Shown here: one piece after another, positions 11,584 through 24,268 of the stretch | Position numbering within the stretch: position 1 is the stretch's first letter | Layout: each line of letters starts with the position of its first letter | Source of the DNA: Dicyema japonicum | Lineage: Eukaryota > Animalia > Dicyemida | Assembly: GCA_011109175.1 (NCBI GenBank) | Contig: RDEW01000091.1 | Span: 2,169-66,168 of the forward strand | Direction: 5' to 3' | Length of the DNA: 64,000 bases | The notes under the pieces: model-generated | Databases searched by the model: none | Told to the model about the DNA's origin: nothing | Seen by the model: only the letters and a program-made list of their open reading frames with translations | Program-made: the position numbers and the translations under genes

Positions 11584-13414
11584 CTATTCATTAACAGAAT
11601 CAGCTTTGCCTTTGTTATCAATGAGTCTCCTTCTTTTTCGCAAGGTTTCAGTCTACCAATTAATAAAAACGGTACCTTTTCTCTCCGTTTGTCCTCAGCC
11701 TCCTTAGTCCGGTTGTATATATACCTCTGCCGTCTCGGAATAAGCATCTCCGATAATTTTCTCTTTTCCTCGTCGATAATTGACGGTCGTTTCCGCTTAA
11801 TAGACTTCTCCAAATCATCGCATCTTTCGACCACGTTTTTCGGTTTCTAAATATAACACAGATTTTGAAACCTTCTCCCGAGTCTCCTCCTCAGAATCAG
11901 AAATGAAATCTTAGTAATCACAAAAATAAAACCCTTAGGTAACGGATGATTTGAAGGTAAATTTAAGTCAAGGCGTATACGTTCAGGTGGAACATATTCA
12001 CCTTCCTTTGGTACAGCAAATGGAGACAAATGGGGAGGAAGCTTAACCCCCACAAAGTACTCCTCAACCGGGAGTAATCTGCACTCATTGAATGAATCCA
12101 AAACCCATTGAGGTTGAACGTATGCCCTATGCCTAACACACAAGTAACAAACCTGTTGATGTAGCTTTTAACCACAGTAGGTCGATCCGCTATTTCATGA
12201 GTTATCGACTCATCTGACTGGCCAAATGTGGCACCTTCAGCAGATAATCTATCCCACGAAACGATCCCTGACCCTGATCTGAGGACTCAGTCAAATTAAG
12301 CTACCTGATAACCAACTCCATAAAATCTTTGGGGACTTCCCTCCCAAGGAAAAACTTCAAACCATTAAAAAGGTTTCTCTGCCTCTCAGTCTTCAAATAC
12401 TGCTCCCTGAAATTCCTCACACTCTCGTCAGCCTCAGAATCCTCGAACAAATCAATCCTAGGCTCGTCTGCATCAACCACTGTCAAAACTTCATCCGATT
12501 TGAGCGGGTAACAAACTCCCAAAGACTGAAACAACCGAAAATTGACAAATTCGAGTAAGGCACAGTAAAAATCCGCGAATGTACCCATTATCTTAAAATC
12601 GACATCCTCAGGTTCCTAAGATCTAAAGAAGTCATATCCAACCTTATAAGCAAACACGTGGGGTGTGATCCAATGTATCTTTACCCCCTCAATCTCGGCT
12701 TCATAGTAGATCCCTTTGATGCTCACGAAAATCTAAAATTAGAAAATCCCAGACTTTTCTGAGAGCTCTCTTAGCGCCTACAAACTTTCTGAAATCGTCT
12801 GAAATATCAAAAGTATCAAACCACTAAGCTGCTTGCATTTTGTGACCAAATTGGCAGGAATATTCTCGTTTTGGGGGAACACAGCATACATGAACACGAT
12901 ATTTAAACAGTCGTCAAGATCGTTGAGGGCATCAACAAAAGTTGGGTACCTGAAGTGACACATGGTAACAACCTCTCTAAAATCGTAGCGTCGAGAGAAT
13001 ATGTAGGTGGATTTTCTAGCAATTCCTCTACGTGGTTATTATCTCCCTTAGCTTCGGATTTTAATAGTCTCCTTTTGTGAATCTGAATAGCTCAGTCAAG
13101 TTACCTTGTCCTCGCGAACATATTCGATGATTGGGTCCCTTAAAATCCTTTGGATGTCCCTTCTTAGATAATAAGTGGTCGGGGCAGTGCTGCCCTTCCC
13201 TGCTTGTTTTTTCCTCGTTGGCTCACGTGGGTAGATTCCCTTTAGAATACAGATTCGTCTTCCATGGAAAAATCATGTACCTGAATTCTGATAAAGACAA
13301 TTGTAGTTTCTTGATGGCTGAAGTACGGTTGATATACTTTACGGCAGTCCCACTTTTATACTAGATATAACATGAACTTTTAACCTTAGAATCATTCCCA
13401 TATTTCTTAACCAT
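11584..13414 (-). CDS. PES1: Pescadillo homolog (PeBoW complex, BRCT domain), multi-exon
   Basis: After removing 21-27 nt GT-AG introns: [126 protein letters not shown]. Confidence 0.96.
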
Positions 13415-13559
13415 GAGAACACAAAAACACGTTTATTTGAATAAATTAAAAAAATTAATAAATTAAAGATAAATTTATATTGAACAATAATAAAATATTA
13501 ATATTTTTTGATGAACAATAGATTCATTAGTTCATTCCTTCTTAGATAATGTGTGTCAC

Positions 13560-13790
13560 GAATCCACACTTTTCTTGTCAAACAGATCCTACCCGTGAGG
13601 CGACGAGTCCTTCTGGCACGACGACACAGTTGTTAAAAGGGATCTTCCTACCTTTCTTCCTGACCAAACCCTCTGATGAAGATTGCATTATGAAAACTAT
13701 TCCGCTAAACAATGAAGTGATGTCCGCGACGGTAGGACGTGGGACAAAAATGGAAGAGGCCGTACCTACTTCTCCACCTCATTTCGGAAG
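13560..13790 (-). mobile_element. LINE C-terminal fragment (second copy at about 22520-22680)
   Basis: Shares cgagtcctt.tggcacga..cagttgtt.aaagg and gaagtgat.tccgcgacggtaggac with 22530-22670. Minus translation RRGH.F...FNN.VV resembles the RGH/FSNRVV C-terminus of CR1/L2-type ORF2. Confidence 0.55.
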
Positions 13791-14879
13791 CCTGTAATGA
13801 AGTATTGGAAGATGGATTTTGTCGGCACAAGCAGATGTTCTCCCTTTGGTTCCTTCCTTGGATTAGTTAGTTATGACTGTTGTGCTGGGCTTACAATGGT
13901 AAGTCTGGGGTTAATAATGATAAATAATAATAAAGTGTGTGGCATGCCTACGCGGAGGTTTAAATAATGAAAACATCACTACTTCTTACTAGAAGAGTTG
14001 ATAAAAAAATTAGTAGCTTTGTTTTCTCTAATCATTGATAACAGTGGAGTTGGTGTTTGAACCTCTGAAAATATCAACTCATACATCCCCTTTTCTATGT
14101 TCATGAACATTTAAAGTAAGATGTAGGGTATAAACAAAAACTGATTTGAGGCTTGGCTGTACCCAATTGAGGCATTCGTGTAAGGATTAGCTTCATTCAC
14201 ATAAGATGTTATTATAAGAACATTCGAGAACTACTTGTGATTCCCTTGTTCCTCCTCAAGACAAACTGTTCTTATATGAGTTGCTCCAAATTTGGCCCAC
14301 TTGATTCAAACTAAGATATTGACGGACTCGATGCTTCATTATTCAAAACGACGGTTTTCAGATGTATCCTGTCTCTTAGATAGGGACAAGAGTTTATATC
14401 CACTTTATGGGGGTCAAGACATTAAGTTTTCTAGAACTACGTCATAGTGCCTCAGAACTACGTCACCAAGTAAACTTTCCGACCAAATGAATAATTTGCG
14501 ACGAATTTGAAATGACTTCTTACTGACAATGTCGCTACCTTACACTTAGTTGGCACGATTTTTTTGAATTAAATTTTATAAATTAATTTAATTAAGTTAT
14601 TTAATGGTGTCATGTGGCTAGTTGGTCAATAATTATTTTCCTTCCCTCCGATGACGTCATTGGATCTACCATACTGAAGAGACGCCCAATGCCTGGCCGG
14701 CATCAAGAGGACCCAATTATTTTTTCCCCGGGGACAATGTCGATACCTGGAGACAAGTTCTGGAACTCTGGAACGAGTCAGGATCAAGGAGTTAGTTAGT
14801 TTGGTTATCCTTGGTCTTTGAAATAATTTTAATTTAACATGACCATATCAAGTGAACAAACCTCTAAGTTATAAACTGT

Positions 14880-15070
14880 TGAATGGCAAAGAAGGAAGTC
14901 TTATACACTCAATGAAAACCTTTCCGCATTAACAAAAATTGTCAGAATGCAGTGGAAACATTCAAAAGCATCTAAACAACTTGGTGTAGACCGTAAGTGT
15001 CTAAGAAGATTGGAAAAATATTACAAATTTGTCAAATTCATTAAAACAAACCGTTTCACGTAAATTAAGA
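14880..15070 (+). mobile_element. pogo-type N-terminal HTH fragment
   Basis: RRKSYTLNE..ASKQLGVDRKCLRR resembles the Brinker-like HTH of pogo transposases. Confidence 0.5.
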
Positions 15071-15468
15071 ACTTTTGGAAGAAAACGTTTTTTCTTAGTT
15101 ATCTTTTGGGGGAGGGCTTCTAAAATAAATGATGCTATGCTTTTTTGACAGATGATCCTCCAATTTTTTTCAATTTTGAGCTTGATTAGAGTTGAACCAG
15201 AACTTGACACTTCCTTCGTCACCTCGTCCATGTTCACTTGAAGAAATTAGGTAAAGGCTTTCATGCATCATAAAATACGTAGACTGTTAGTGCAATGGAG
15301 GCATCATATAGCAGCCCTTGACCTATTGCCTAGTTTTTTAGTTTTGTGGTAATTTTTAAGTTCACTGATTGGTCTATTTTTGTAATTAAGTAATTTTACA
15401 ATTTCGAAGGTTTGTCAAAAGTGCAATTATAATAGCATAAATTAAAGTATTTTGCGTCAAAAACTTGA

Positions 15469-15770
15469 ATGAATAGGTCCATCAGTAATCAAAGCTTTTT
15501 AAATGCGAAACCAACGTTAACAAGGAAAAAATCTGAATCAAATTCGATGCAAAACTTGTTCGTAGAATATGGAGACAACATGGGAAGAAAAAACAGTGTG
15601 AGTGACAACAAACTCACAACGGATATTGAAAACATAAACAAGGCTATTCATTGATTTTATTAAAGGAACAAGAACGTCTATTCAAAAATATGAGGAAAGA
15701 AGCGAAAGTGCTAAAAAACAATTTAAAGAATTTGAAATTAAAAGTACCTCAAAAGAAGTCTACTAAGTGA
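15469..15770 (+). CDS. Small basic/coiled-coil orphan protein, 2 exons with a GC-AG intron at 15643-15665
   Basis: A 58-codon exon followed by a 23-nt gc...ag intron gives an open frame ..DIENINK|EQERLFKNMRKEAKVLKNNLKNLKLKVPQKKSTK*. Preceded by an AT-rich promoter-like tract. Confidence 0.45.
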
Positions 15771-17179
15771 CTATAATTTTTAATTTTCACTGATAACTTC
15801 CAACCTTCGTTAAACACTATATTTTAAAGCTAATAAGCTAAGATTCGGAAATTGACAAAAACTTCGTCCACATTACGATTCCTCCAGACTTTTGGAAGGC
15901 TATTTCAGTCAAGCAACAATTTTTAGAGTGATACATTCGTACAGGTTGAGATATTATGAGACGATGAGGCTCTGGGTGCACCAAACTCTATCGCTTAACG
16001 AGCAACTACTTAACGACTTGCTAGTAGTGACTACACAAAAACGCAAAGCTTCCGTTCCTGGATCTTTAGACGATGAATATCAACCCTATACATTCCACTT
16101 AAAATACATGACAGAATATCTGTATTACGGGCTTTTTTCTTCCTGAGTGAAATTAAGGAACCGTAAACTTTTTACGATGAAGGCACTTATGAATCAGCCT
16201 ACAGTCATTTTTAGTGAGTTTGACATGAAGGAAGTGTTGTCCGGGGGAGCTTTTTTGGATGGTATGCATAACATTTGGAAGTCCCGCCATCTCTCCAATT
16301 GGTGGCATTTATTAGATTTTTGAATTTTTTCTAAATCATGAAAATTTCTTTATCAATGATCTTCTTCCAATGATTCCTGATGTATAGAAGGAGACTGGTT
16401 TAAAAAAGAACTGTCCACCGCGAGTTGATTATACTATATTTTAGCTGATTTTTCAACCAAGAGACTTAATATGTGACCAAGCTTTAAGTCCCCGTATAAT
16501 TTTTTAACATTTGGAAGTCCCGCCATCCCACCAAATGGGATAAATTTTAGTGGAACGTTATAGTACAACTTAGTTTTCCGGGAAGTAGGGGATATTTGCA
16601 AATACGAGACTATGTAGAAACAGTAAAAACACCTGGCTACAAGAAAGCCTCCTAATTGTCTTAGAAATTGTTGAAAATCACAACTTATGTGGCTCACTTG
16701 TATCATTCGTCTATAGAACACCTCAAGCATACAGGTGGGTCACTTTCAATACTAATTCACAGGTGGTACAGTAAAAATATCTGATTTTCTCATCCCATCT
16801 ACCTACCCTTGGACCAGTATGGTCACTAAGGCTTTGCCGAATCTAATTTTCCTTTGCATAAGTTGAACAGTAAAAGCATACGAGAGTAGTTTGAGGGTAT
16901 TGGGCATCATCTTCCTTTCCCCTACTATGCGAGTACACAGATACATTATATTTCTGCACAAATATTTAAAGTTTTATATACGACTTCACAAACTTGAGTT
17001 CTTAGGATGCCCGTCCTCGCCTCCAAGTTTTAAACCGGACGAGATTTGGATCCGAAATGTTCGTGGATGCAACTTATTCGTTAAAGATATGTTTACTTTA
17101 TTCTTAGTCCGTCATTTCATCTGAGCACAAAAGAAGATGACGAGAGATACGAGGAAATAATGACTAGAAAGGGATCTTT

Positions 17180-17385
17180 GCAGGGTGGCGCAGTGTAACG
17201 ACTACTGGGCAAAAGGCCTGATGGTAACTTGTTCGATGTATACTCCGACTGAAGGTTCCACTACTACGATTCTTTTGCTTAACGAGTGACGCCGTCATCG
17301 GTGAACATCTCACTGGGAACCTGATCGTCTACAAAAAACTCACATCCGCCATAAAGAAAAAAGAAGTGAGGAGTATTCATTAGTT
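17180..17385 (+). mobile_element. tRNA-derived SINE-like element, second family
   Basis: A-box GGTGGCGCAGTG and B-box-like GTTCGA. Body gctt.acgagtgacgccgtcatc.gtg...aagaaaaaagaa is repeated on the minus strand at about 58150-58270. Confidence 0.55.
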
Positions 17386-18340
17386 CTCCCTCATCGATTA
17401 GTTATCATAACTGTACCTCACTTAAATAAACTGTGTACTGCCTGAGAGGAGCTATAGGTAACATGGCTTTTTGTAAAGAATAAGCTTGGCATTTTTCAAT
17501 TTCCATAGAAACGATTGAGTAGTTCATCTGTTAGCTAAGTGGTTAATCGATCAAATATTGCGTAAAATACTCACTTAGCTTCATTAAGAATGAAAGCCCT
17601 TGTTTTCCTGCTTCCCATGAGCATGAACGGACTCGGAAAAATCGAAAATCCGAAGTTTTGTACCAAAGCAGAAGGATTATAGAAAACAAAAAACTTTGTG
17701 AAGCTGCACTAAATCTGATCCTCTATGGGAAGGTTTAGTGACTCTGTTTATAACCATTATAGAGTAATACAAGCACACCATCTGTAATCGTATCCGCATG
17801 TCTTCAAAGTGATGACTTCAAATGTAACTATAATCCTCGAGATAATCTCCGAGGATGACAGACAATTCTATGATATTTTTCTCACTTTCCTTATTCAGCC
17901 CGCACAATTTGAACAACTACACTAAGGTCAAAATTGATTTTTTGACCTGTTGCCTTGAATATTCAAAAATAATCTGATGTATTTTAAATTTAGTTTAATT
18001 TATTGACTTTGAAGAAGTTACTGTTAACAACAAAATGTATCAAGTAATCCAAATAAGAAGAAACAAAAAATGAAAAAATCCCAAGATACGGTGTCACCAA
18101 ACTAACTACTCACGATTACTCACGATCCCGACATTCTTATTAGAGGCCTCACCTTGGCCTGATGTTTTTCTCCCGTGTTACACAAGCAAGGCGTATAACC
18201 GGATGGTGGTAGTTAACGGATACGCTTTTTGGGAAGATTTCATTTTCCTGTGGTTATATAAAAATATATAAATAAATTTAATTAAAATTAACAAATTAAA
18301 TATATATATAAATATAATAAATATCTATTGATTTCAAACT

Positions 18341-19145
18341 ATGATGTTTCTCTTTGTTTTTATACCTAATTGTATTCCATTTTCTAATACCAAGTCCATT
18401 CAAAATGTGAGTCGAACTTTTATGGAACAGAATGGGACAACGAACTCGATGGGTACTGCTATGAGCTGTTCGACATGCACTATGACTGGTATGAGGCCAG
18501 AAAATACTGCAAATTGAAAAAGGGAGATTTGGTAGAATTGTAAGCTGTAATAATAAGGCTTCAATAAAGTCTGATGCGGTCTCCAAGTTCATTACTAATT
18601 TGCTGAATGTGGTAAAAGGTAAAAATTTATTCAAACTGTACACTGCTGGGCACCAATATGACGGAAAGTGGTATTGGCACAGTAAAGGTCTCTTGTTTTG
18701 TGGTTACATTAGAGAGTCCGGTAATTTTCTCAAATTGGGGATCAAATAATTTATTTTCGATGGGGGATTGTATTTGTCTCGATATCGACACAGGCTGGAG
18801 ATGGGAATCTTGTAACTGCAGATATTTTCATACTGGTGATGGATTTATCTGCGAAATTCGTACCCCTTTAGTTTACTTTAAGCTGTCAAGCCCTCTGCTC
18901 AAAAGAGGAGTTGATTTACCTTTCACTTTAGGTACCCCGAATTTGCCGCTGATATTTGGGATGATCCTTCTCACTATTGGAGGACTGATTCTTGTGATCT
19001 ATTTTAAATAGTGCAATTTGAGCTTATTTTCAGCCGCAGATATGCTGCAAGAACAGGAAACCTAATGTTTACTCATAGTAAGAAATTAAGTTGTCGACCA
19101 ATGGACCAAAATGCACCCCCATCTTACTCTGAGGTAGTTAATTAA
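18341..19145 (+). CDS. Type I transmembrane C-type lectin domain protein, multi-exon
   Basis: GYCYELFDMHYDWYEARKYCKLKKGDL-ASI, KWYW, FSNWG, DCICLD..WRWESCNC..FICE form a CTLD. TM segment LPLIFGMILLTIGGLILVIYF and tail ..APPSYSEVVN*. Start exon uncertain. Confidence 0.85.
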
Positions 19146-19559
19146 CTCGATTTATTTATTTTTATTTGGTTTTATTTTCGATTGGTTAGCTAAGCTGGAT
19201 ATGATATTTAAGATTCACTCAACATTAGCCAACCTTCCACAGATCATCGGGGTAGTTCAGGCAGATGTTTTTTACTGGACGTTTATATATGTGTGCCGGT
19301 TTGTGGATTTAGATTGTCTGGGGTTAATAAATAAAACCGAAAATTGATTGGGTGGGGATTTAATTGTGGTAATTGTCTAAAGCACTCATGTAACTTCACT
19401 CCCGTGCTTCTTTAATGTGTAGTGACTGACTCAGGAAGCACTATAATACAATGTACGCTGACGCGAAAGGTTTGCGTGCATATCTGTCCGTAGTAATGAT
19501 TTTTGATAGCAAAACGAGATAAAAATGATTTTTTGATAGCGAGGCATGTTAGGGACAAC

Positions 19560-19800
19560 AAGGTAATGGATCCCAAGCTGGAATAGATCGAAAATCAACA
19601 ATTTAAAGTGAAGCGCAAATTATATTTTTGCCATCAAATTGAGGTTCTGGACAACCTGGGACGGATCCCTGACTAAGAAAAATTTGAAAATTCACTTCCA
19701 CAAAGTTAGAAATACATAGCAACAAATCATCCATATGTGATGACAATTTTGTGACTAAGCAAAAAAATCGAAAAATGAAATGCACGTGGTCAAGAGATAC
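19560..19800 (+). mobile_element. Tigger-like HTH_psq fragment
   Basis: KVKRKLYFCHQIEVLDNL resembles the KRK.L.L..K.EVL N-terminus of Tigger transposases. Heavily degraded. Confidence 0.35.
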
Positions 19801-20826
19801 TTAAATCTACTCTATTAAAAAAACTATAGGAGAGAACGCATTAATAATAGCGAGTATTAACTAAATCAGTAGTGGTGAGGTATCCCAACTGGATCTACCA
19901 CGTTTATTTAAAAAACTAAGAATTAATTATTTTATTTATTAACCCCTGGCTTACAATCTTTGGTAACCCCATTCTTAGTGATACACCTTCATGTTTCCCT
20001 CGCGGATGCGATTTTGCAGAGAGCATCCAGGTCCTCTGCTTCATCTAGCTTAATTTTTGAATTCCTGAGGTCTTGATGGAGTGAAACGGGTAGTATGTAT
20101 CTCTGTCGTCCTCGATGTCCTCCAGTCCACTAGAATGATTCATAAATGAGCTCGACTTTACGTTTTAAAGAAATTAATCAGATTTAAGGGCCGCGGCCTT
20201 GACTGGGTGGCTATTCTCTCTGGACTGCAAGGGAAATCTACTCGAACTACTAGTAGCATTTACAAAACTTCTCTGTGATAAAGTTTCAAACGATTGTGAT
20301 CCCGAGGTGTTCATAAAACCAAGGATCTTCGAGCCTTGACGAGATTAGGGTTCCAATCTCTTGAAGGACACGTTTGGTGACAATCCCAGGACCCTGTTCA
20401 GAAATTGGCTTTCAAAAAATAAAACTGCCTATCGTCTTTTTTCGACAATGAGCTTATCACGTTTAGATAAATATTTTGATTATTTCAGATTAAACCTGAT
20501 GGCAGGATTAAACCTGATGGAATGTCCTTAACTATTTACGCCAAAACAGACCAATTAGTTGGAATTTGAAAGTAAATTGTATTTTTACCTTTCAGAAAAA
20601 GGCATAAAATTTACGTCATTTACTGTTATTCCGGTAAATTTTTTACTAACAATATATCACTATAAACCTCTGATATATAGTAAATAGTAAGTTGTCATGA
20701 CTGGTCTCCATTATGGCCTGCAGGCATTGAGCACGCAATGGGAGCTACCTCTATTCTTCGGCGAAATTAACTGATTGCGATAACGATAATTCAATTTAAA
20801 TGCGATTATCGATTTATTACTTGTAT

Positions 20827-22263
20827 ATGTGCCGACTTCTCTTTTGCATTGGAGGTAAGTTGAAGGGACAAAATTTAAATCAAAATGGTAAGTCGAGAAA
20901 ACCGAAAAATTTTGAGAATGTAAAATATCTTTAATATTTCTCACAGAATCGTCACTCACAGCTTCAAAATGATCAAAATTCAGAGACCCAAATTTCATAT
21001 CCTGACTATAACGGACTGCTGAATCATTCTGAAATATATCATCCACAAAGTACGGGTACATTTCAAGAAAAACCACATGTTCTAGAAAATCAACAATTTA
21101 ATCCTGTCCCAAACAACAGTTACAACCAACAGCGCCTCCTACGGCCTACAATAAATGCTGCAGCCCATTTTTCGCCAAAGTCAGACGCAGAATGTATCAA
21201 TAAATCGATCACCGACGATCGTAAACTCTGTACTTACACTAAAGCATTCCACATTGACACTAACACGATCATCCACATAACAGCTAATCGAACAAACCAA
21301 CAGCGACTACAAATCTGCGCAGCATACACAGAATTATACGGGAAGGTTACAGCTTATTTTATTGAAGAATTTAACACGTGTCCTGTTGAAAAAACTACCC
21401 GGTTTTTTCACGCCTCTATTAGTGCCATGCTACAAGTCACTGCCTGAATACGTTGTTGATGCCATTAATTTGGCACTTAAAGTTCTAGACACGTGTATTT
21501 TAGGGATTCTTTATAAACGCTAGACTGCTCAATCTCACGATTCTTTGCAGGAGTGATGCGGAGTTGGATGTAATCAAGAGTTTATATTCCGATAGTTTAT
21601 TGTCCCTTAAGTTTAGAGTTTAACAGGCATTTGGTGAAAGATATTCAAAGTCTAATTTCGGGGAGTTATTCAAGACTGCTGGTAGAAACTCTGACTGTAA
21701 TTTTACATTTTGAGGTAAGAAAAGTCGCGACAAAGATGAAACCGCGGATATAGCAATGGCAGTTTCCGACGCGAAGCAGCTATTCGAGGAAGTTAGTAGT
21801 TTAAAGAAAAATGAAAATATTTTTAAATTAATATTCACCTCCAGGAGTTTCCCTCAGTTGAGGGAGACCCTAAAAATATACTCAAATGTTTTTATCGAAA
21901 ATATTTTAGACGTATGGAAAATTAAGCGATGATATTAAACAAAAAATGTCCGGAAATACAAAATCAGCTTACATTTCTCTCAGTATTTTTATTTTTTATT
22001 AGTAAATTATATTCTTTGTCCGGTTGACGCTTTTGCATATCAGCTGAACAAAGCCCTAGAAAAAATGTGGGCGGATGAAGATTCGCTGTACTACATATTT
22101 ATTACGAGATCAGAGGTTTCTAGTGATCATAATTTAGATTGATTTGGGGGATATTTGTGAGGCGTATATAAGACTTTACAACTCTTCACTAAGTGATATA
22201 ATAAGTAGACTAGCAGTCCGGGAAGAGAAAAAGTTGCTTCTTCAAATAATTAAGGAAAATTAA
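20827..22263 (+). CDS. Divergent annexin with four repeats and an N/Q-rich N-terminal extension; start uncertain
   Basis: RPTI..AAHFSPKSDAECI, IIHITANRTNQQRLQICAAYTELYGK-NL, ILCRSDAELDVIKSLY, AVSDAKQLFE, IFTSRSFPQLRETL, DEDSL..ITRSE-IDLGDICEAY. Joined by 22-27 nt introns. Confidence 0.9.
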
Positions 22264-22339
22264 CATTTAATTAATTTTATTAATTAACGAAAAAACTACA
22301 AAATTAATTTTAATTTAGAGAGTTTGAATGGCCGGGCTA

Positions 22340-22520
22340 TTTCCTTTGACAATTGCAATAGCTTCTTTTGACGTCCATAAAGCTTTTGACTCGGTGTCAA
22401 GGAGGATTCTTAAACTCTGGTTAGATAACTTCTTCAGCGGTTGGGGGATGTGTCTGCATTGGACAGTCAAGATCTATTTCCCGGCTTCTTCCGAATGGTG
22501 TTCCCCCAAAGATCCCTTTG
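22340..22520 (+). mobile_element. LINE RT fragment
   Basis: IASFDVHKAFDSVSRRILKLWLDNFFSG..SRLLPNGVP. Confidence 0.75.
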
Positions 22521-22898
22521 TCTCCATCGACGAGTCCTTATGGCACGATACAGTTGTTGAAAGGAGATTACCAATATGAAAACTCTTACGCCTATGAATG
22601 AAGTGATTTCCGCGACGGTAGGACCTGCGGTGAAAATGAAAGAGGGCTGATCTACTTCTCCACCTCTCTTTGTGTGATGTTTCGCGTTCCAACAGGGCCT
22701 TCATCTATGCACAGTGATCCAGAGAACATTGTCATGGAAGCTGACGTTGAAGCCAGAACTCGTTGCCAGGGAGTGAAATAGTCTCTTGATGAAATGAAGA
22801 CTTCTTCTGAGTTAGGTGGATTTGATGACGTGACTAGAAGGAAGAAAGAGAAATCTTTAATCAAGTGGTACCACATGGCCAAATTGCTTTGATTTTAT

Positions 22899-24268
22899 TT
22901 TTATTTATTTATTTTTATTTTAATAACCCCGGGAACACCGAGAAAGAAAGACAAAAGAGTCATACAGTTAGGTGATCCCAGTCCTCGCAATCACTTGTGC
23001 CATTCGACGTCTGTGATCTCCATCGTCCCCACTACTTTCCGGAAGAGCCTTCTCTCGGTCTTGCAAGGAATCCGATCGGGGAGGGGAATTTCTTATCCAA
23101 TCGGTTTTCTCTTGCCATGGGAAGGATCAGGCGAAGCGGATTTCCATCTTCTTCACAGACGCGAAGAAATCCGGAGCCACGACTACGGATCTTAGCTTCC
23201 ATGAGTAGTGGGTCGACTGTTGATCCATTACGTGGGCAAAGCATACTGATTGTTTTCCGGTGTATCGAGTTGATTCTTTGGACCATAGACTCCGATAGCC
23301 CGAATCTCCATGCAATGGAGGCATACTCAATGGCAGGCGCGATTGTTTGTTGGTAGAGGTAGAAACGGAAAAGTCCATGTTCCTCGTGGTCCTCCGAACA
23401 AGGGCGCGTATAACGTTAACTTTCTGGAGGCCCCTGGTGATCATGTCTGTTGCGTGGGAGTTGAAATTGAGAAGGCTGTCGTACTTGACTCCAAGGACAG
23501 TGGGGGACTTGTCACTGGAATCCGAGTGGGACCAATGAAAAGACTCAGTTCATCCTTGGAACGACGGTCCGACGTGAATGTGGAACAGATAGACTTGGTT
23601 GCAGAAATCGTTAGTCGATTGCCAACAATCCAATCGTGGAGAATGTTCAATTTTGTCTGAGTTTTAAGGGATGCGACTTGCGTCGAGCGGTTCCGTATTG
23701 CAATGACTCTATCGTCTGCGTAGGATAATAGCAGGGAATCTTCGTCTCCATCATTAGGTAGGTCGTGTAGGAATAGGTTGAATAGAATTGGTGAAATTGG
23801 AGACCCCTGGGGTACCCCGTTCGGTAGTAATCGTGATCTAGATCTGAGATCATCACTGACTACTCTTCCACGTCTTCCAGACAAAAAGTTGGCCAGCCAT
23901 AATTTACATTCGGACGAAGATTAGTAGAAAATATTTTTCCAACCAGGATTTTCCTCGAAACAGTGTCAAAGGCTTTGTTGATGTCAATAGAAACCAAGAT
24001 TGTGCGTTTGTGAGGCGGGGATGGGTGTTAAAACCGTCGGCAATGAACTGCGATAGTTGCCAAGTATGTAGCGGTGGACCTACCGCGGAGGAAACCATGT
24101 TGAAATATAGGACGTGGAAGATACGGAATAATGACTGATAATACAAGTTTCTCCATAATTTTTGACAGTGTGCTGGTAACGGAAATAGGCCTGTAGGAGG
24201 CAGGTTCTGTCTCTGGTTTCCCAGCCTTCAATATCGGTCTGATGATAGAATTCTTCCAAATCTTGGAA
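22899..24268 (-). mobile_element. 5'-truncated APE-RT-type LINE with TSD
   Basis: SYRPISVTSTLSKIMEKLVL, FQHGF, LPNGVPQGSPISPILFNLFL, SYADD. Ends RTGIT* plus stem-loop and (AAAT)n. TSD TTTGATTTTAT at 22888-22898 and 24269-24279. Confidence 0.93.

Noticed and set aside
20711-21076. 121-aa minus-strand ORF as a real gene
   Set aside because: Antisense to the annexin N-terminal exons, with no recognisable motif.
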